Positions 22,987 to 32,715 of a stretch of DNA of 64,000 nt are shown in pieces (the stretch's first letter is position 1; every line of letters begins with the position of its first letter). This DNA comes from Nitrospirota bacterium (lineage in GTDB: Bacteria > Nitrospirota > UBA9217), in NCBI GenBank assembly GCA_963796285.1, contig CAWCKW010000012.1, forward strand, positions 1,344,001 to 1,408,000. The letters are read 5' to 3'. A model generated the notes under the pieces. It saw nothing but the letters and a program-made list of their open reading frames with translations. It had not been told where the DNA came from and ran no database searches. The position numbers were made by a program, and so were the translations under genes.

Positions 22987-23415
22987 TCAGCCCAGTATTT
23001 CGACGATCATCGGTTTATACTGCGGCGTTTTTTCAACTTTCTTATTATACATCCTGATAACGAGAAAAGATACCACCATGCTCACCATTCCGGCGATGAA
23101 CGCCCAGAGATCTGAATCGGCCTCAGTCCCGTACCGCAGGCCGAGGTTTTTCCCGAGAATGGCCGAGGCAACAAAGACCGTCATGGGGATGCCGTAGAGT
23201 ATGATGGACGCCTTAAGATATACTTGCGGGGCAAGCACCACTTTCACCTTCTGGCCCTTTTTTGCTCCGAGCGGGTTCGAAGCCTCCATGTACTCCTGCT
23301 CCCCGGGATGGCAGACCCCGGAAGCGGAACATTTCTCGCAGGCGCTCTTGGCCAGGATCGATACCTTGGCGATATCGCCTGTCACTTCAACTACGATGCC
23401 TTCTTCTTCGATCAT
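22987..23415 (-). CDS. RseC/MucC family membrane protein
   Basis: IEEEGIVVE, SACEKCSASGVC, two TM helices with YGIP. Confidence 0.85.
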   Translation of the reverse strand: MIEEEGIVVEVTGDIAKVSILAKSACEKCSASGVCHPGEQEYMEASNPLGAKKGQKVKVVLAPQVYLKASIILYGIPMTVFVASAILGKNLGLRYGTEADSDLWAFIAGMVSMVVSFLVIRMYNKKVEKTPQYKPMIVEILG

Positions 23416-23493
23416 GTTTCACCCGAAAACCGCAGAGAGCATGGCGCTGAGTGCATAGTGTCTCGCGCTTCTCTCTCTGCCCTCTTCCGTATC

Positions 23494-25086
23494 TCAGCTT
23501 TTTCTCTTCGCCCTTAAAAGCTTATACTCGATGCTGTCCACCAGCGCCTGCCAGCTCGCTTCGATCACGTTCTCTGACACACCCACGGTGCCCCACTTGT
23601 TTTTGCCGTCGCCGGACTCGATCAGCACCCGCACGCGCGCAGCCGTGCCCTCCGCCGCGGTCAAAACTCGCACTTTATAGTCGAGAAGCCGGACATTCTC
23701 CAGGCCCTTGCCCGGGAAGTACTTGGGCAGGACCGTGCGCAGTGCCTTGTCGAGGGCATTCACCGGGCCATTCCCCCATGCGGCAGTGTGTTCCACTTTT
23801 CCGCCGACCTCGACAGTGATCGTGGCCTCGCTCACTGGATCGGGATCGACCTTCCGTTTTTCCGTAAAGATGCGATAGTCGATACGGTCGAACATGGTGA
23901 AAACCGACTCATAGCTATGGCCCGCGCGCAGCATGAGGAGTTCAAGCGACCCTTCCGCGCCTTCGAATTCGTATCCCTCGTTCTCGAGCTCTTTGACCTT
24001 CCTGAGTATCTCTCCGAGTTCCGGGCTTTTCTTGGTGAGCGGGATCCCGAGTTCTGCAGCTTTCTGGAGGATATTGCTCTTCCCCGCCATGTCGGACACC
24101 AATACGCGTCTCCTGTTCCCTACCAGTTCAGGCACGACATGCTCATAGGTGAGAGAGCTCTTCGCGACAGCATCGACATGCACGCCCCCCTTATGGGCAA
24201 ATGCGCTTTCACCTATATAGGGCTGTCGCTTTTGGTGCTGCAGATTGGCGATCTCGTCCACATAGCGGGACACGTCACGCAGCTTCGCCAGATTAGCGTC
24301 TGAGATGCAATCGATGCCCAATTTGAGCTTCAGGGTCGCGATAAGGGAGCACAGGTTTGCATTTCCGCAGCGCTCGCCATAGCCGTTGATGGTGCCGTGG
24401 ACCTGGACCGCTCCCATCCTGATCGCTGTCAGCGAGTTCGCCACCGCGAGTTCCGCATCGTTGTGCGCATGGATCCCGAACGGGCTGGCGATCGACTTTT
24501 TCACCTGCGCAATGATCTCTTCGACCTCATGAGGCAGGGTACCGCCGTTCGTGTCACACAGAACAAGACAGTCCGCGCCTGCGCCCTCCGCGGCGAGGAG
24601 CGTCTGAACAGCGTAGTCAGGGTTTGCTTTATACCCGTCAAAGAAATGTTCGGCATCATATACCACTTCATCCATGCGTTTCCTGAGGAATGATACCGAT
24701 TCTTCGATCATGTCGAGGTTTTCGCCGAGCGTGGTCTTGAGTGCCTTGATCACGTGCAAGTCCCAGGTTTTGCCGAAGATGGTCACCACCGGCGCGCCGG
24801 ACGCAACCAGAGCCTTCATGTTCGGATCATCGGAGACTTTGAGCTTCACACGCCGTGTTGATCCGAAGGCGGCCAGTTTCGCCTTCCTGAGCTTTACGCG
24901 CCGCATCTCCTTGAAGAACTCGATATCGCGCGGGTTCGAACCCGGCCAGCCGCCCTCGATGTAATGGACGCCGAACTGATCCAGCTTCCGCGCAACACGG
25001 ATCTTGTCCTCGACCGAGAAGTTCACGTCCTCAGCCTGCGCCCCGTCACGGAGCGTGGTATCGTATAGGTAAACGGTCTGTTTCAT
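23494..25086 (-). CDS. cimA: Citramalate synthase
   Basis: DTTLRDGAQ, GGWPGSNP, DAEHFFDG, HAHND, GERCGNANL, GNGPVNALD, DYKVRVL. Confidence 0.93.
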   Translation of the reverse strand: MKQTVYLYDTTLRDGAQAEDVNFSVEDKIRVARKLDQFGVHYIEGGWPGSNPRDIEFFKEMRRVKLRKAKLAAFGSTRRVKLKVSDDPNMKALVASGAPVVTIFGKTWDLHVIKALKTTLGENLDMIEESVSFLRKRMDEVVYDAEHFFDGYKANPDYAVQTLLAAEGAGADCLVLCDTNGGTLPHEVEEIIAQVKKSIASPFGIHAHNDAELAVANSLTAIRMGAVQVHGTINGYGERCGNANLCSLIATLKLKLGIDCISDANLAKLRDVSRYVDEIANLQHQKRQPYIGESAFAHKGGVHVDAVAKSSLTYEHVVPELVGNRRRVLVSDMAGKSNILQKAAELGIPLTKKSPELGEILRKVKELENEGYEFEGAEGSLELLMLRAGHSYESVFTMFDRIDYRIFTEKRKVDPDPVSEATITVEVGGKVEHTAAWGNGPVNALDKALRTVLPKYFPGKGLENVRLLDYKVRVLTAAEGTAARVRVLIESGDGKNKWGTVGVSENVIEASWQALVDSIEYKLLRAKRKS

Positions 25087-25106
25087 AATATTAGAATGCA
25101 GATGCA

Positions 25107-25185
25107 CAGGAGTCAGGAGCCAGAATCCAGAAGCCAATCCTTTTGTTCTCCTCCTGATTGCTGACTCCTGTCTCCTGACTACTGT
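25107..25185. repeat. Heptamer-arm hairpin (AGTCAGG family)
   Basis: CAGGAGTCAGGAGCCAGAATCCAGAA ... CTGACTCCTGTCTCCTGACTACTG. Confidence 0.8.
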
Positions 25186-25188
25186 TTC

Positions 25189-26410
25189 TCACGCCGCCTT
25201 GTCCATCTCGAATGTCTCGTGCAGCACCCGGACGGCGAGCTCGGTATATTTCGCGTCGATCACGATGGAGATCTTGATCTCCGACGTGCTGATCATCATG
25301 ATATTGATCCCCTCTCTGGCCATGGCGGAGAACATCCGTGCTGCAACGCCCGAGTGGGAGCGCATGCCCACGCCGACGATGGAGATCTTGGCGATGTCCT
25401 CCTTCACGGTGACGCCTTTGGCGCCGATCTCGGCAATGACCTTCTTCATGAGCTCTGATATCTTCCTCGAGTCGGTCTTCGGCACCGTGAAGGACATGTC
25501 CGTGAGCCCGCCCTCGCCGATGTTCTGGATGATCATGTCAACGATGATGTTGTTCGTCGATATCTCATTGAAGATCTGTCGCTGCCACGCCAGGCTTGTC
25601 CGGCACACCGGATACGGTCACTTTTACCTGGTTCTTGTCGTATGCCACGCCGGACACCACCACTTTTTCCATGTCAGAATCCTCCTTGGTCACGAGGGTC
25701 CCCGGGTTGTCGTTGAAACTCGAGAGCACCCTCACCGGAACATTATATTTTTTTGCGAACTCGACCGAGCGGGTCTGAAGCACCTTGGCCCCGAGGCTCG
25801 CCAGTTCGAGCATCTCGTCATACGAGATCTTGTCAAGCTTCCGGGCCTGCGGCACCATGTTCGGGTCCGTGGTATACACGCCGTCCACGTCAGTATAGAT
25901 GTCGCAAAGGTCCGCCTTGAGCGCGGCGGCGACCGCCACGGCTGAAAGGTCCGACCCGCCCCGTCCCAGCGTCGTCACGTCGTCGGATGTTTCAGTGATG
26001 CCCTGGAAACCTGCTACCACGGCGATCTTGCCTTCCTTGATCGCCTGTTTGACCCGCTCACCGGAGATCTTCTCGATCCTCGCTTTGGTATGGACGCGGT
26101 CGGAGATGATCCCCGCTTGCCTGCCGGTGAAGGACTGCGCCTTGTACCCCAGCGACTGAATCGCCATGGCCAAGAGCGCGATGGTCACGCGCTCTCCCGT
26201 GGACACCAGCATGTCCATCTCCCGGGGGTCCGGATTCTCACTCACCTGATTGGCAAGGTTGATGAGCTTATCGGTCTCGCCGCTCATGGCTGAGAGGACC
26301 ACCACCACATCATGTCCTTCTTCTTTGGTCCGGACAACACGCTTTGCCACGTTCCTGATCCGTTCGGGATTCCCCACGGACGTGCCGCCGTATTTCTGGA
26401 CGATGAGCAC
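25189..26410 (-). CDS. lysC: Aspartate kinase (frameshift near 25585)
   Basis: [36 protein letters not shown], two ACT domains; GTG start after GGGAGG. Confidence 0.95.
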
Positions 26411-26445
26411 TAACAACCTCCCGTAATTAAAACCAAAATATCTGC

Positions 26446-26538
26446 AACACGAATTTCACGAATTATTCGAATGGCACGAATAAAATCCTTGTCCGATCTC
26501 GCCCTTCGTGTCATTAGTCCATTCGTGCCATTCGTGTT
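26446..26538. repeat. 9-mer-arm hairpin (CACGAAT family)
   Basis: AACACGAATTTCACGAATTATTCGAATGGCACGAAT ... ATTCGTGCCATTCGTGTT. Confidence 0.8.
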
Positions 26539-26544
26539 CCTTCC

Positions 26545-27774
26545 CTACTTCTTTAAAAAATAATCCATCAAGGTATAGCCGTCTTTGAACACCAGCGCAT
26601 CTTTGCGCTCCCCTATTTTTTCATCGTACGTAACGGGGCCGCCTTTGCGCTCCTTTGTGTTATCGTAAATGACGAACGGGACCGGGTCCGAAGAATGGGT
26701 TCTGAGTTCAATCGGTGTGGGATGGTCCGGAAGCGCGAGGATCCGGTATTCATCGAACTGCTTCATCCCGTGGATGATGTTCCCCACGATGAACTCGTCA
26801 AAATCCTCTATGGCCTTGATCTTGTTCTTGAGGTCGCCCGTATGACCGGCTTCGTCGGGCGCCTCCACGTGGATATACACAATATCCTTGGTCTTGAGCG
26901 CCCAGAGCGCGTGCTCGGCCTTGCCCACATAGTTCGTGTCGATCCAGCCCGTGGCGCCAGGCACATTGATCACCTCGAATCCCGCATAGATGCCAAGGCC
27001 CTTCGTGAGGTCAACCGCCGAGATCATGGCCCCTTCAAGGCCATACTTCTCCCTAAAGGTCGGCATAGAGGGCCGTTTGCCCTGGCCCCAGAGCCAGATG
27101 CTGTTCGCCTGTCGTTTCCCGTTCGCTTGGCGGGTCTTATTCACCGGATGAGCGAGGAGCAGGTCAAGAGAAGCCTCCATCAGGGCGTTGATGATATCAT
27201 CCCCTTCACCGCGCGGAAGATAGTCTTGAATGTCCTTGTCCTGAATATCGTGAGGCGGCGTACATTCGATCTTGTCCTTGCCGCCCTTCCATACCATGAG
27301 GTGGCGATAGCTCACGCCGGGATAAAAGCGGATCCGGTCGCTCCCGAGCTTGCTGTCGATCTCTTCGATGAGCAAGCGCGCCTCCTGTGTCGAAATGTGA
27401 CCGGCGCTGAAATCTTCCATGATCGCCCGCCGTCCCTTGTCCGTTGCGGATGGCTTGCCGCCGGTAATACGCAGGGTCACGAGGTTGCAGCGAAACGCGA
27501 TATCATTGGGCGCAAGTTCCACGCCGATGCTTGCCGCTTCGAGCGGCGACCGGCCGGTATAGTACTTCCGCGGGTCATATCCCATGACCGAGAGGTTGGC
27601 CACGTCGCTGCCCGGCGGGAACCCGTCCGGCACGGTGTATGCCATCCCCACTTGGCCGAGCGTCGCGAGTTGGTCAAGGTTCGGCGTCTTCGCCGCCTGC
27701 AGGCATGTCTTGCCGCCAAGCTCCGCATTCGGCCTGTCGGCCATCCCATCACCAAGGAGAATGATATATTTCAT
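26545..27774 (-). CDS. apgM: ApgM-family cofactor-independent phosphoglycerate mutase / proposed homoserine kinase
   Basis: LGDGMAD, TPNLD, PPGSDVANL, HVEAPDEAGH, PDHPTP, THSSDPVP. Confidence 0.9.
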   Translation of the reverse strand: MKYIILLGDGMADRPNAELGGKTCLQAAKTPNLDQLATLGQVGMAYTVPDGFPPGSDVANLSVMGYDPRKYYTGRSPLEAASIGVELAPNDIAFRCNLVTLRITGGKPSATDKGRRAIMEDFSAGHISTQEARLLIEEIDSKLGSDRIRFYPGVSYRHLMVWKGGKDKIECTPPHDIQDKDIQDYLPRGEGDDIINALMEASLDLLLAHPVNKTRQANGKRQANSIWLWGQGKRPSMPTFREKYGLEGAMISAVDLTKGLGIYAGFEVINVPGATGWIDTNYVGKAEHALWALKTKDIVYIHVEAPDEAGHTGDLKNKIKAIEDFDEFIVGNIIHGMKQFDEYRILALPDHPTPIELRTHSSDPVPFVIYDNTKERKGGPVTYDEKIGERKDALVFKDGYTLMDYFLKK

Positions 27775-27875
27775 AGATTCGTCTCTGGTCCTTCGCCGCC
27801 GGTCAAGCGTCAACACCTGCCTGATAATCGACGAACGACGCCTCTGGTCTGCGGCCGGATTCCAACCGCGTTTGA

Positions 27876-28115
27876 CTACCCGGCGAAATCGCCCTCCACA
27901 GCCTCAACCTTGACACCGCGTTCCTGAAGATAGGCGATCCCCTCTTCGAGCTTCTTCTCTGCTCCTTCGAGCTCCAGCACCACCTCTCCCGTCGATTCGG
28001 TGACCTTGGCGTGCCGGATATTCGGCATCACATCGAACTTCTTTGCCATGGTGAAGATCACGGGCTCTCTGATCAGGTCCTTCGGAAAGGTCAGCTTAAC
28101 CCTCTTCGTAGCCAT
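27876..28115 (-). CDS. Stand-alone NIL domain protein
   Basis: VKLTFPKDLIREPVI...VMPNIRHAKV...GEVVLELEG. Confidence 0.85.
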   Translation of the reverse strand: MATKRVKLTFPKDLIREPVIFTMAKKFDVMPNIRHAKVTESTGEVVLELEGAEKKLEEGIAYLQERGVKVEAVEGDFAG

Positions 28116-28142
28116 AAGCCCCTCCTGAGATACTGTCGACAT

Positions 28143-28232
28143 TGAGAACGCGGGAAGATCGTAGGTCGTGCAACAAAAAAATCGGCTGATGCCGGCCTTT
28201 CAACGTCTCACCTTCGCACCTTCTCGTTTTCC
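28143..28232. repeat. Heptamer-arm hairpin (GAAGGTG family) overlapping the MoaD 3' end
   Basis: TGAGAACGCGGGAAGATCGTAGGT ... CTTTCAACGTCTCACCTTCGCACCTTCTCG. Confidence 0.55.
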
Positions 28233-28510
28233 TTCCCCCATCCACCCGCGATGGCCGGGACGATCGAAATGATATCACCATCCTTCAGCGTAGTGTCTTC
28301 CTTGTTCAGAAAGCGGATGTCCTCGTCATTCACGTAGATATTGATGAACCGCCGGATCTTGCCGCTTTCCGACAGACGCTCCTGCATCCCCGGGTAGTTC
28401 CTCTCAAGCGCGTCAATAAGCTCCGTAACGTTCTTTACACTGCACTCCACCTCGGCATTCCCGTTCGTCAGCTTCTGCAGCGGAGTTGGAATTCTTACCT
28501 TGATAGCCAT
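28208..28510 (-). CDS. MoaD/ThiS/CysO-type ubiquitin-like sulfur carrier with a tail after GG
   Basis: [11 protein letters not shown]...[13 protein letters not shown]...VPAIAGG followed by [10 protein letters not shown]. Confidence 0.9.
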   Translation of the reverse strand: MAIKVRIPTPLQKLTNGNAEVECSVKNVTELIDALERNYPGMQERLSESGKIRRFINIYVNDEDIRFLNKEDTTLKDGDIISIVPAIAGGWGKENEKVRR

Positions 28511-28661
28511 GTATCGCTCCTCCTGATCTCACTCTTCTTGGATAACTGAGAATAGAAAATAAATGATTGAGAGACTGCCTGTATCCCTATATCACTCTCG
28601 GTGAATGTGTCTGGTTCAGCAGGTTCTCACAGGACGAGGTGGCCGGCGTCGGCTTCCGGTC

Positions 28662-29084
28662 TTATATCACGTTCACCTTGACTTCGGTTACCTTTCCTTC
28701 TTCAATCGAAAAACCCCGGGCGACCGGCTTCGCGCGGTCCATCAGGGTAACGATGACATACACGGCATCGGGATAGTTGGGCAGCTGTGTCCCGGGCCAG
28801 TACGCCTGATTCACGTCCACGCTCGACGGATAGGCCTGGCTGTGCGGATGGGAATGGAACAGACCGATCAGTTCAAGTCCTGAATCCCTGATGTCCTTCA
28901 TCACGCGAAACTGCTCTTCCGGGTCCATTTCATAATAATCAGTGCCCGGCTTCGCATTCGTCATGCAGAAGGTCTTTTCAACCCTGCCGTCCTTGCCGCC
29001 CAGCATCCCGCAGGCTTCGTTCGGTGCTGCCGCAAGACAGTGGTCGAACATGCTTTGGAGGTCAGACTCTGTTATGTTCAGTAT
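28662..29084 (-). CDS. JAMM/MPN+ (Mov34, M67) metalloprotease
   Basis: PNEACG and HSHPHSQAYPSSVD motif; frame stays open upstream of ATG 29051 to an ATA at 29084 preceded by GGAGG. Confidence 0.9.
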   Translation of the reverse strand: MLNITESDLQSMFDHCLAAAPNEACGMLGGKDGRVEKTFCMTNAKPGTDYYEMDPEEQFRVMKDIRDSGLELIGLFHSHPHSQAYPSSVDVNQAYWPGTQLPNYPDAVYVIVTLMDRAKPVARGFSIEEGKVTEVKVNVI

Positions 29085-29194
29085 ATTGATAAACCCTCCG
29101 AACTCAACGACGGACAGTCACAGGGTTCTGTCCATCAATTTCGCTCACTGAAACAGGTCCCGGCTATCCGTAAACCGGGATCCCAACACTTGAA

Positions 29195-29998
29195 TCAATG
29201 GCTCATCGAGCAGAACTGCTCATAGTCGATCAGTTCCTTGATCGTCGGATGCTCACCGCACACGGGGCACTCTTTATTCCATGGAACTTTCACCGTGCGG
29301 AAATTCATATCAAGCGCATTCCACAAGAGGAGTCTCCCCTTCAACGGCTGCCCGATCCCGAGGATCGCCTTGATCACCTCGGTGGCCTGAAGCGTCCCCA
29401 CCACACCGGTGACCACGCCGAGGATGCCTGCCTCCTGGCACGACGGCACCATGCCCGGAGGTGGCGGGACCTCGAACAAACAGCGGTAGCATGGCCCTTC
29501 GCCCGGGTAAATGCTCATCACCTGGCCTTCGAACCGGAAGACAGCCGCGCTGATAAGCGTTTTCTTCAGCATCACACAGGCATCGTTCACCAGGTAACGG
29601 GTCGGGAAATTGTCGCTTCCGTCCACGACGATATCATAGTCCTTGATGATGTCCATGATGTTCTTGGACGACAGCCTCTCTTTGTGGGTCACGACCTTCA
29701 CATCATGGTTCAGCGTCTCGTAGGTCTCTTTTGCAGAATCGGCCTTCAGCATGCCGATACGGCTGGTGTTATGCGCGATCTGGCGCTGCAGGTTCGAGAT
29801 CTCCACGCGGTCGTTGTCGATCACGCCGATGGTGCCGACGCCTGCCGCGGCGAGATAGTACCCCACCGGCGAACCAAGACCGCCGGCGCCCACAAGCACT
29901 ACTTTCGCGTTCAGTATCTTTTCCTGGCCGTCTCCCCCGACCTCGGGAAGCAAAATGTGCCTGCTGTAGCGCAATATCTGGTCTTCAGTAAAATCCAT
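29195..29998 (-). CDS. MoeB/ThiF-family E1-like adenylyltransferase without rhodanese domain
   Basis: RYSRHILLPEVG, VGAGGLGS, SNLQRQ, DGSDNF, CYRC, SCQEAG, CPVC. Confidence 0.93.
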   Translation of the reverse strand: MDFTEDQILRYSRHILLPEVGGDGQEKILNAKVVLVGAGGLGSPVGYYLAAAGVGTIGVIDNDRVEISNLQRQIAHNTSRIGMLKADSAKETYETLNHDVKVVTHKERLSSKNIMDIIKDYDIVVDGSDNFPTRYLVNDACVMLKKTLISAAVFRFEGQVMSIYPGEGPCYRCLFEVPPPPGMVPSCQEAGILGVVTGVVGTLQATEVIKAILGIGQPLKGRLLLWNALDMNFRTVKVPWNKECPVCGEHPTIKELIDYEQFCSMSH

Positions 29999-30005
29999 GG
30001 TCCCC

Positions 30006-30089
30006 AATTTCGAATCGCGGTTTTCAAATTTCGGATTTCGGAATATCGTGCATTTTTACATCCACATTCCGCACTCCGCGCTCCGCAAT
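30006..30089. repeat. ATTCCGC-family heptamer hairpin
   Basis: AATTTCGGATTTCGGAAT ... ATTCCGCACTCCGCGCTCCGCAAT. Confidence 0.75.
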
Positions 30090-30349
30090 TATTTTTTCGC
30101 TTTTTCCTTGTCCTTGCGGACAAACACATGCCACTCTTTCTCGCCGGTCTGCTCGATCTTCAGGACCTTCTGCCCCTCGTTCTCCATGCTCCTGGGCACG
30201 TTCTCGGTCGCCGGTTTGTGGTCAAAGATGATCTCGAGCACCTCGCCGAGGGTCATCTTCTCGAGCGCCAGCTTGGAACGGACAAAGGTGTACGGACAAA
30301 CCTGGCCTTTGAGATCGATCGTTTTATCTATTTTGATATCATCCGCCAT
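30089..30349 (-). CDS. TusA/SirA family sulfurtransferase
   Basis: IDLKGQVCPYTFVRSKLALE...GEVLEIIFDH...NVP. Confidence 0.88.
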   Translation of the reverse strand: MADDIKIDKTIDLKGQVCPYTFVRSKLALEKMTLGEVLEIIFDHKPATENVPRSMENEGQKVLKIEQTGEKEWHVFVRKDKEKAKK

Positions 30350-30358
30350 AAGTACCTC

Positions 30359-30448
30359 ATTTCGGATTGGCGATTGCGGATTGCGGAATAAAATCGTTTT
30401 TGGATCTCTGCCCTTTAATCCGCATTCCACAATCCGAAATCCGCAATT
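30359..30448. repeat. ATTCCGC-family heptamer hairpin
   Basis: ATTTCGGATTGGCGATTGCGGATTGCGGAAT ... AATCCGCATTCCACAATCCGAAATCCGCAAT. Confidence 0.8.
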
Positions 30449-31758
30449 ACTGTTTCCCCTCTTCCACCCTGATCACCATCGTCGGCCCTGCCACGCAGTC
30501 CATCGTGTTGATCTCCTCGAGCGCCTTGCGCACATCGCGTTCAACGGCCTCGTGGCTCATCATCACCAGAGGAACGGCCTCGGCAGTGCCTCGGCCTTTC
30601 TGGATGACCGACGCAATACTGATATTGTTCTTCCCAAGCACACCCGAGATCCGTGACAGAACTCCGGGCCTGTCCAGTGCCGAAAAGCGCAAATAATAAC
30701 ACGACGTAATATCGTCCATCTTGCGTATCTTCAAGAGTGACCGATCCTTGAAGGCCGTCATGGGCGACCGGTTTATGCTGCCCGACAGGATGTCCCTGCC
30801 GATATCGATGATATCGCCCACCACCGCACTGCCCGTAGGCATGTCGCCCGCACCGCGTCCATAGAACATCGTAGACCCGACAGCGTCGCCCACGACCGAA
30901 AGCGCGTTGAACACACCGTCCACCTCGGCGATGGGGTACTCCTCAGGAAGCATGGTCGGATGCACCCGCGCCTCGACCTCGCCATTCACCATCTTGGTGA
31001 TCGCCAGGAGCTTGATCTTGTAACCGAGCTCTTTTGCAAAATCAATATCCAGCGGCGTTATCTTCGAGATCCCCTCGGTGTAGATATCGTCGAACTTCAC
31101 CGGAGTGCCGTAGGCAAGCATGGTGAGCACCGCGAGCTTATGCGCCGAATCAATGCCTTCGATATCGAACGTGGGATCGGCCTCGGCATACCCCTTGGCC
31201 TGGGCCTCTTTCAAGCACCTCATCGAACTTCCGGCCCTCGTTCGTCATGAGCGTCAGGATATAATTGCAGGTGCCGTTCACGATGCCGTAGATGGACTTG
31301 ATATTGTTCGCTGCGAGCCCGCTCCTGATGGCCGCAAGGATCGGGATTCCCCCGGCGACCGATGCCTCGAACCCGACCGTGACGCCGGCCTTCTCTGCCG
31401 CAGCGTAGATCTCCTCGCCATGCACGGCCAGGAGCGCTTTGTTCGCCGTCACCACATGTTTCTTGTTCTTGATCGCATCGAGGATGAACTCCTTGGCGGG
31501 CTTGTACCCGCCAATCAGTTCGACCACGATATCGATTTCAGGATCGTTGATCAGATCCTTTGCATCGCTCGTAAGCTTCACATCGCCCAATTTGATGCCC
31601 CGGTCGCGCTTGATGTCAAGATCGGATATCTTTTTCAGGAGAACGGGGACGCCGAGACGACGCTTGATGATCTCTGCATTGTCGATCAGGATGCGGGCCG
31701 TGCCAGTGCCCACGGTGCCGAAACCGATGATACCTACGTTGATTGATTTCTTCGCCAA
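30447..31758 (-). CDS. hom: Homoserine dehydrogenase with ACT domain (frameshift near 31215)
   Basis: [46 protein letters not shown]. Confidence 0.95.
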
Positions 31759-32023
31759 ATTTCAGCCCACCTTTTATCCAAGAGTCAAGGCATGAGTCAG
31801 GGGTAATGGTTGAATCTGTACGAGCCTCCGTGACCCCTGCCTCTTTATTACCGAGATCGACGAGGTACTGACCGCGGCGGGGCGCCTCGATCTTCCCTCA
31901 TATTCACGATCACAAAAAAATGAGGATGCCAGTTGTATGATACCGCCGAACTGCCCGGACCGCGCTAACCCGTTATTTTTCAAAGAAATTATTCCGGCCG
32001 TTCGTTTTAAAAAAGCGAAATTG

Positions 32024-32052
32024 ATAATAAAACACTATGTATCTTTTGTCAA
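32024..32052 (-). promoter_or_regulatory. Sigma70 promoter of the hom operon
   Basis: Minus-strand TTGACA-N17-TATTAT. Confidence 0.65.
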
Positions 32053-32199
32053 TAAAAAATAGTTAGACAGCACGCTCCACAAAGACTTTTCAGCAAAGAA
32101 GCTTCCAAGAAAAGGCTTGATTTTTCAGCCAGTCTGTGATAATGTTCCCTCTCGCAAAACTGAGTAAGGTCGATTCCCGTACAGGACATGAAACGGGAT

Positions 32200-32250
32200 T
32201 ACTCCTTGCTCCCTGAGTAGCAGCAGGGGGCTATAACCCATGAGGAGACA
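32200..32250 (+). ncRNA. rpsF leader (S6:S18 autoregulatory structure)
   Basis: ACTCCTTGCTCCCTG...CAGGGGGC...GAGGAG, an SD-sequestering stem directly before rpsF. Confidence 0.55.
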
Positions 32251-32256
32251 AAGAAA

Positions 32257-32631
32257 ATGCACATTTACGAATCAATATTCATCATCAACCCCAACCAGAC
32301 CGACGAAGAGACGGCCAATGTGATCAAGAAAATGCAGGACGTGGTCACGAAACAGGGCGGCGAAATGACCAAGTTCGAGGACTGGGGCAAAAAGAAACTT
32401 GCCTATGAGATCAAGAAGCAGAAGCGCGGCCACTATGTGTTCTTCCAGTTCAAGGCAGCGCCCAGCGTGGTAAGCGAACTCGAGCGTACGTACAAGATGA
32501 CCGATTCGGTCATCAAGTTCTTGACGGTCAAGCTCGAAAAAGAACTGCGCGTTAGGCCGGCCCCCAAACCGAAGAAGAAAGACCTCGCCAAAGCAGCGGC
32601 AGCTGCAGAGGCAGGACAGGCCACGGCGTAG
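32257..32631 (+). CDS. rpsF: 30S ribosomal protein S6
   Basis: YESIFIINP, WGKKKLAYEIKK, GHY. Confidence 0.96.
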   Translation: MHIYESIFIINPNQTDEETANVIKKMQDVVTKQGGEMTKFEDWGKKKLAYEIKKQKRGHYVFFQFKAAPSVVSELERTYKMTDSVIKFLTVKLEKELRVRPAPKPKKKDLAKAAAAAEAGQATA

Positions 32632-32715
32632 CCGCTGCCCGCTGTTCGTAATTTGTCCGACTCCCTCCTGCAACTGAACAGATGCATGAGGTCGTCGTTA
32701 AAATCGAGGTAACCC

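Noticed and set aside
31770-31800. TTATCCAAGAG resembling the start of a SAM-I riboswitch
   Set aside because: It is on the strand opposite to hom and lacks the rest of the consensus.
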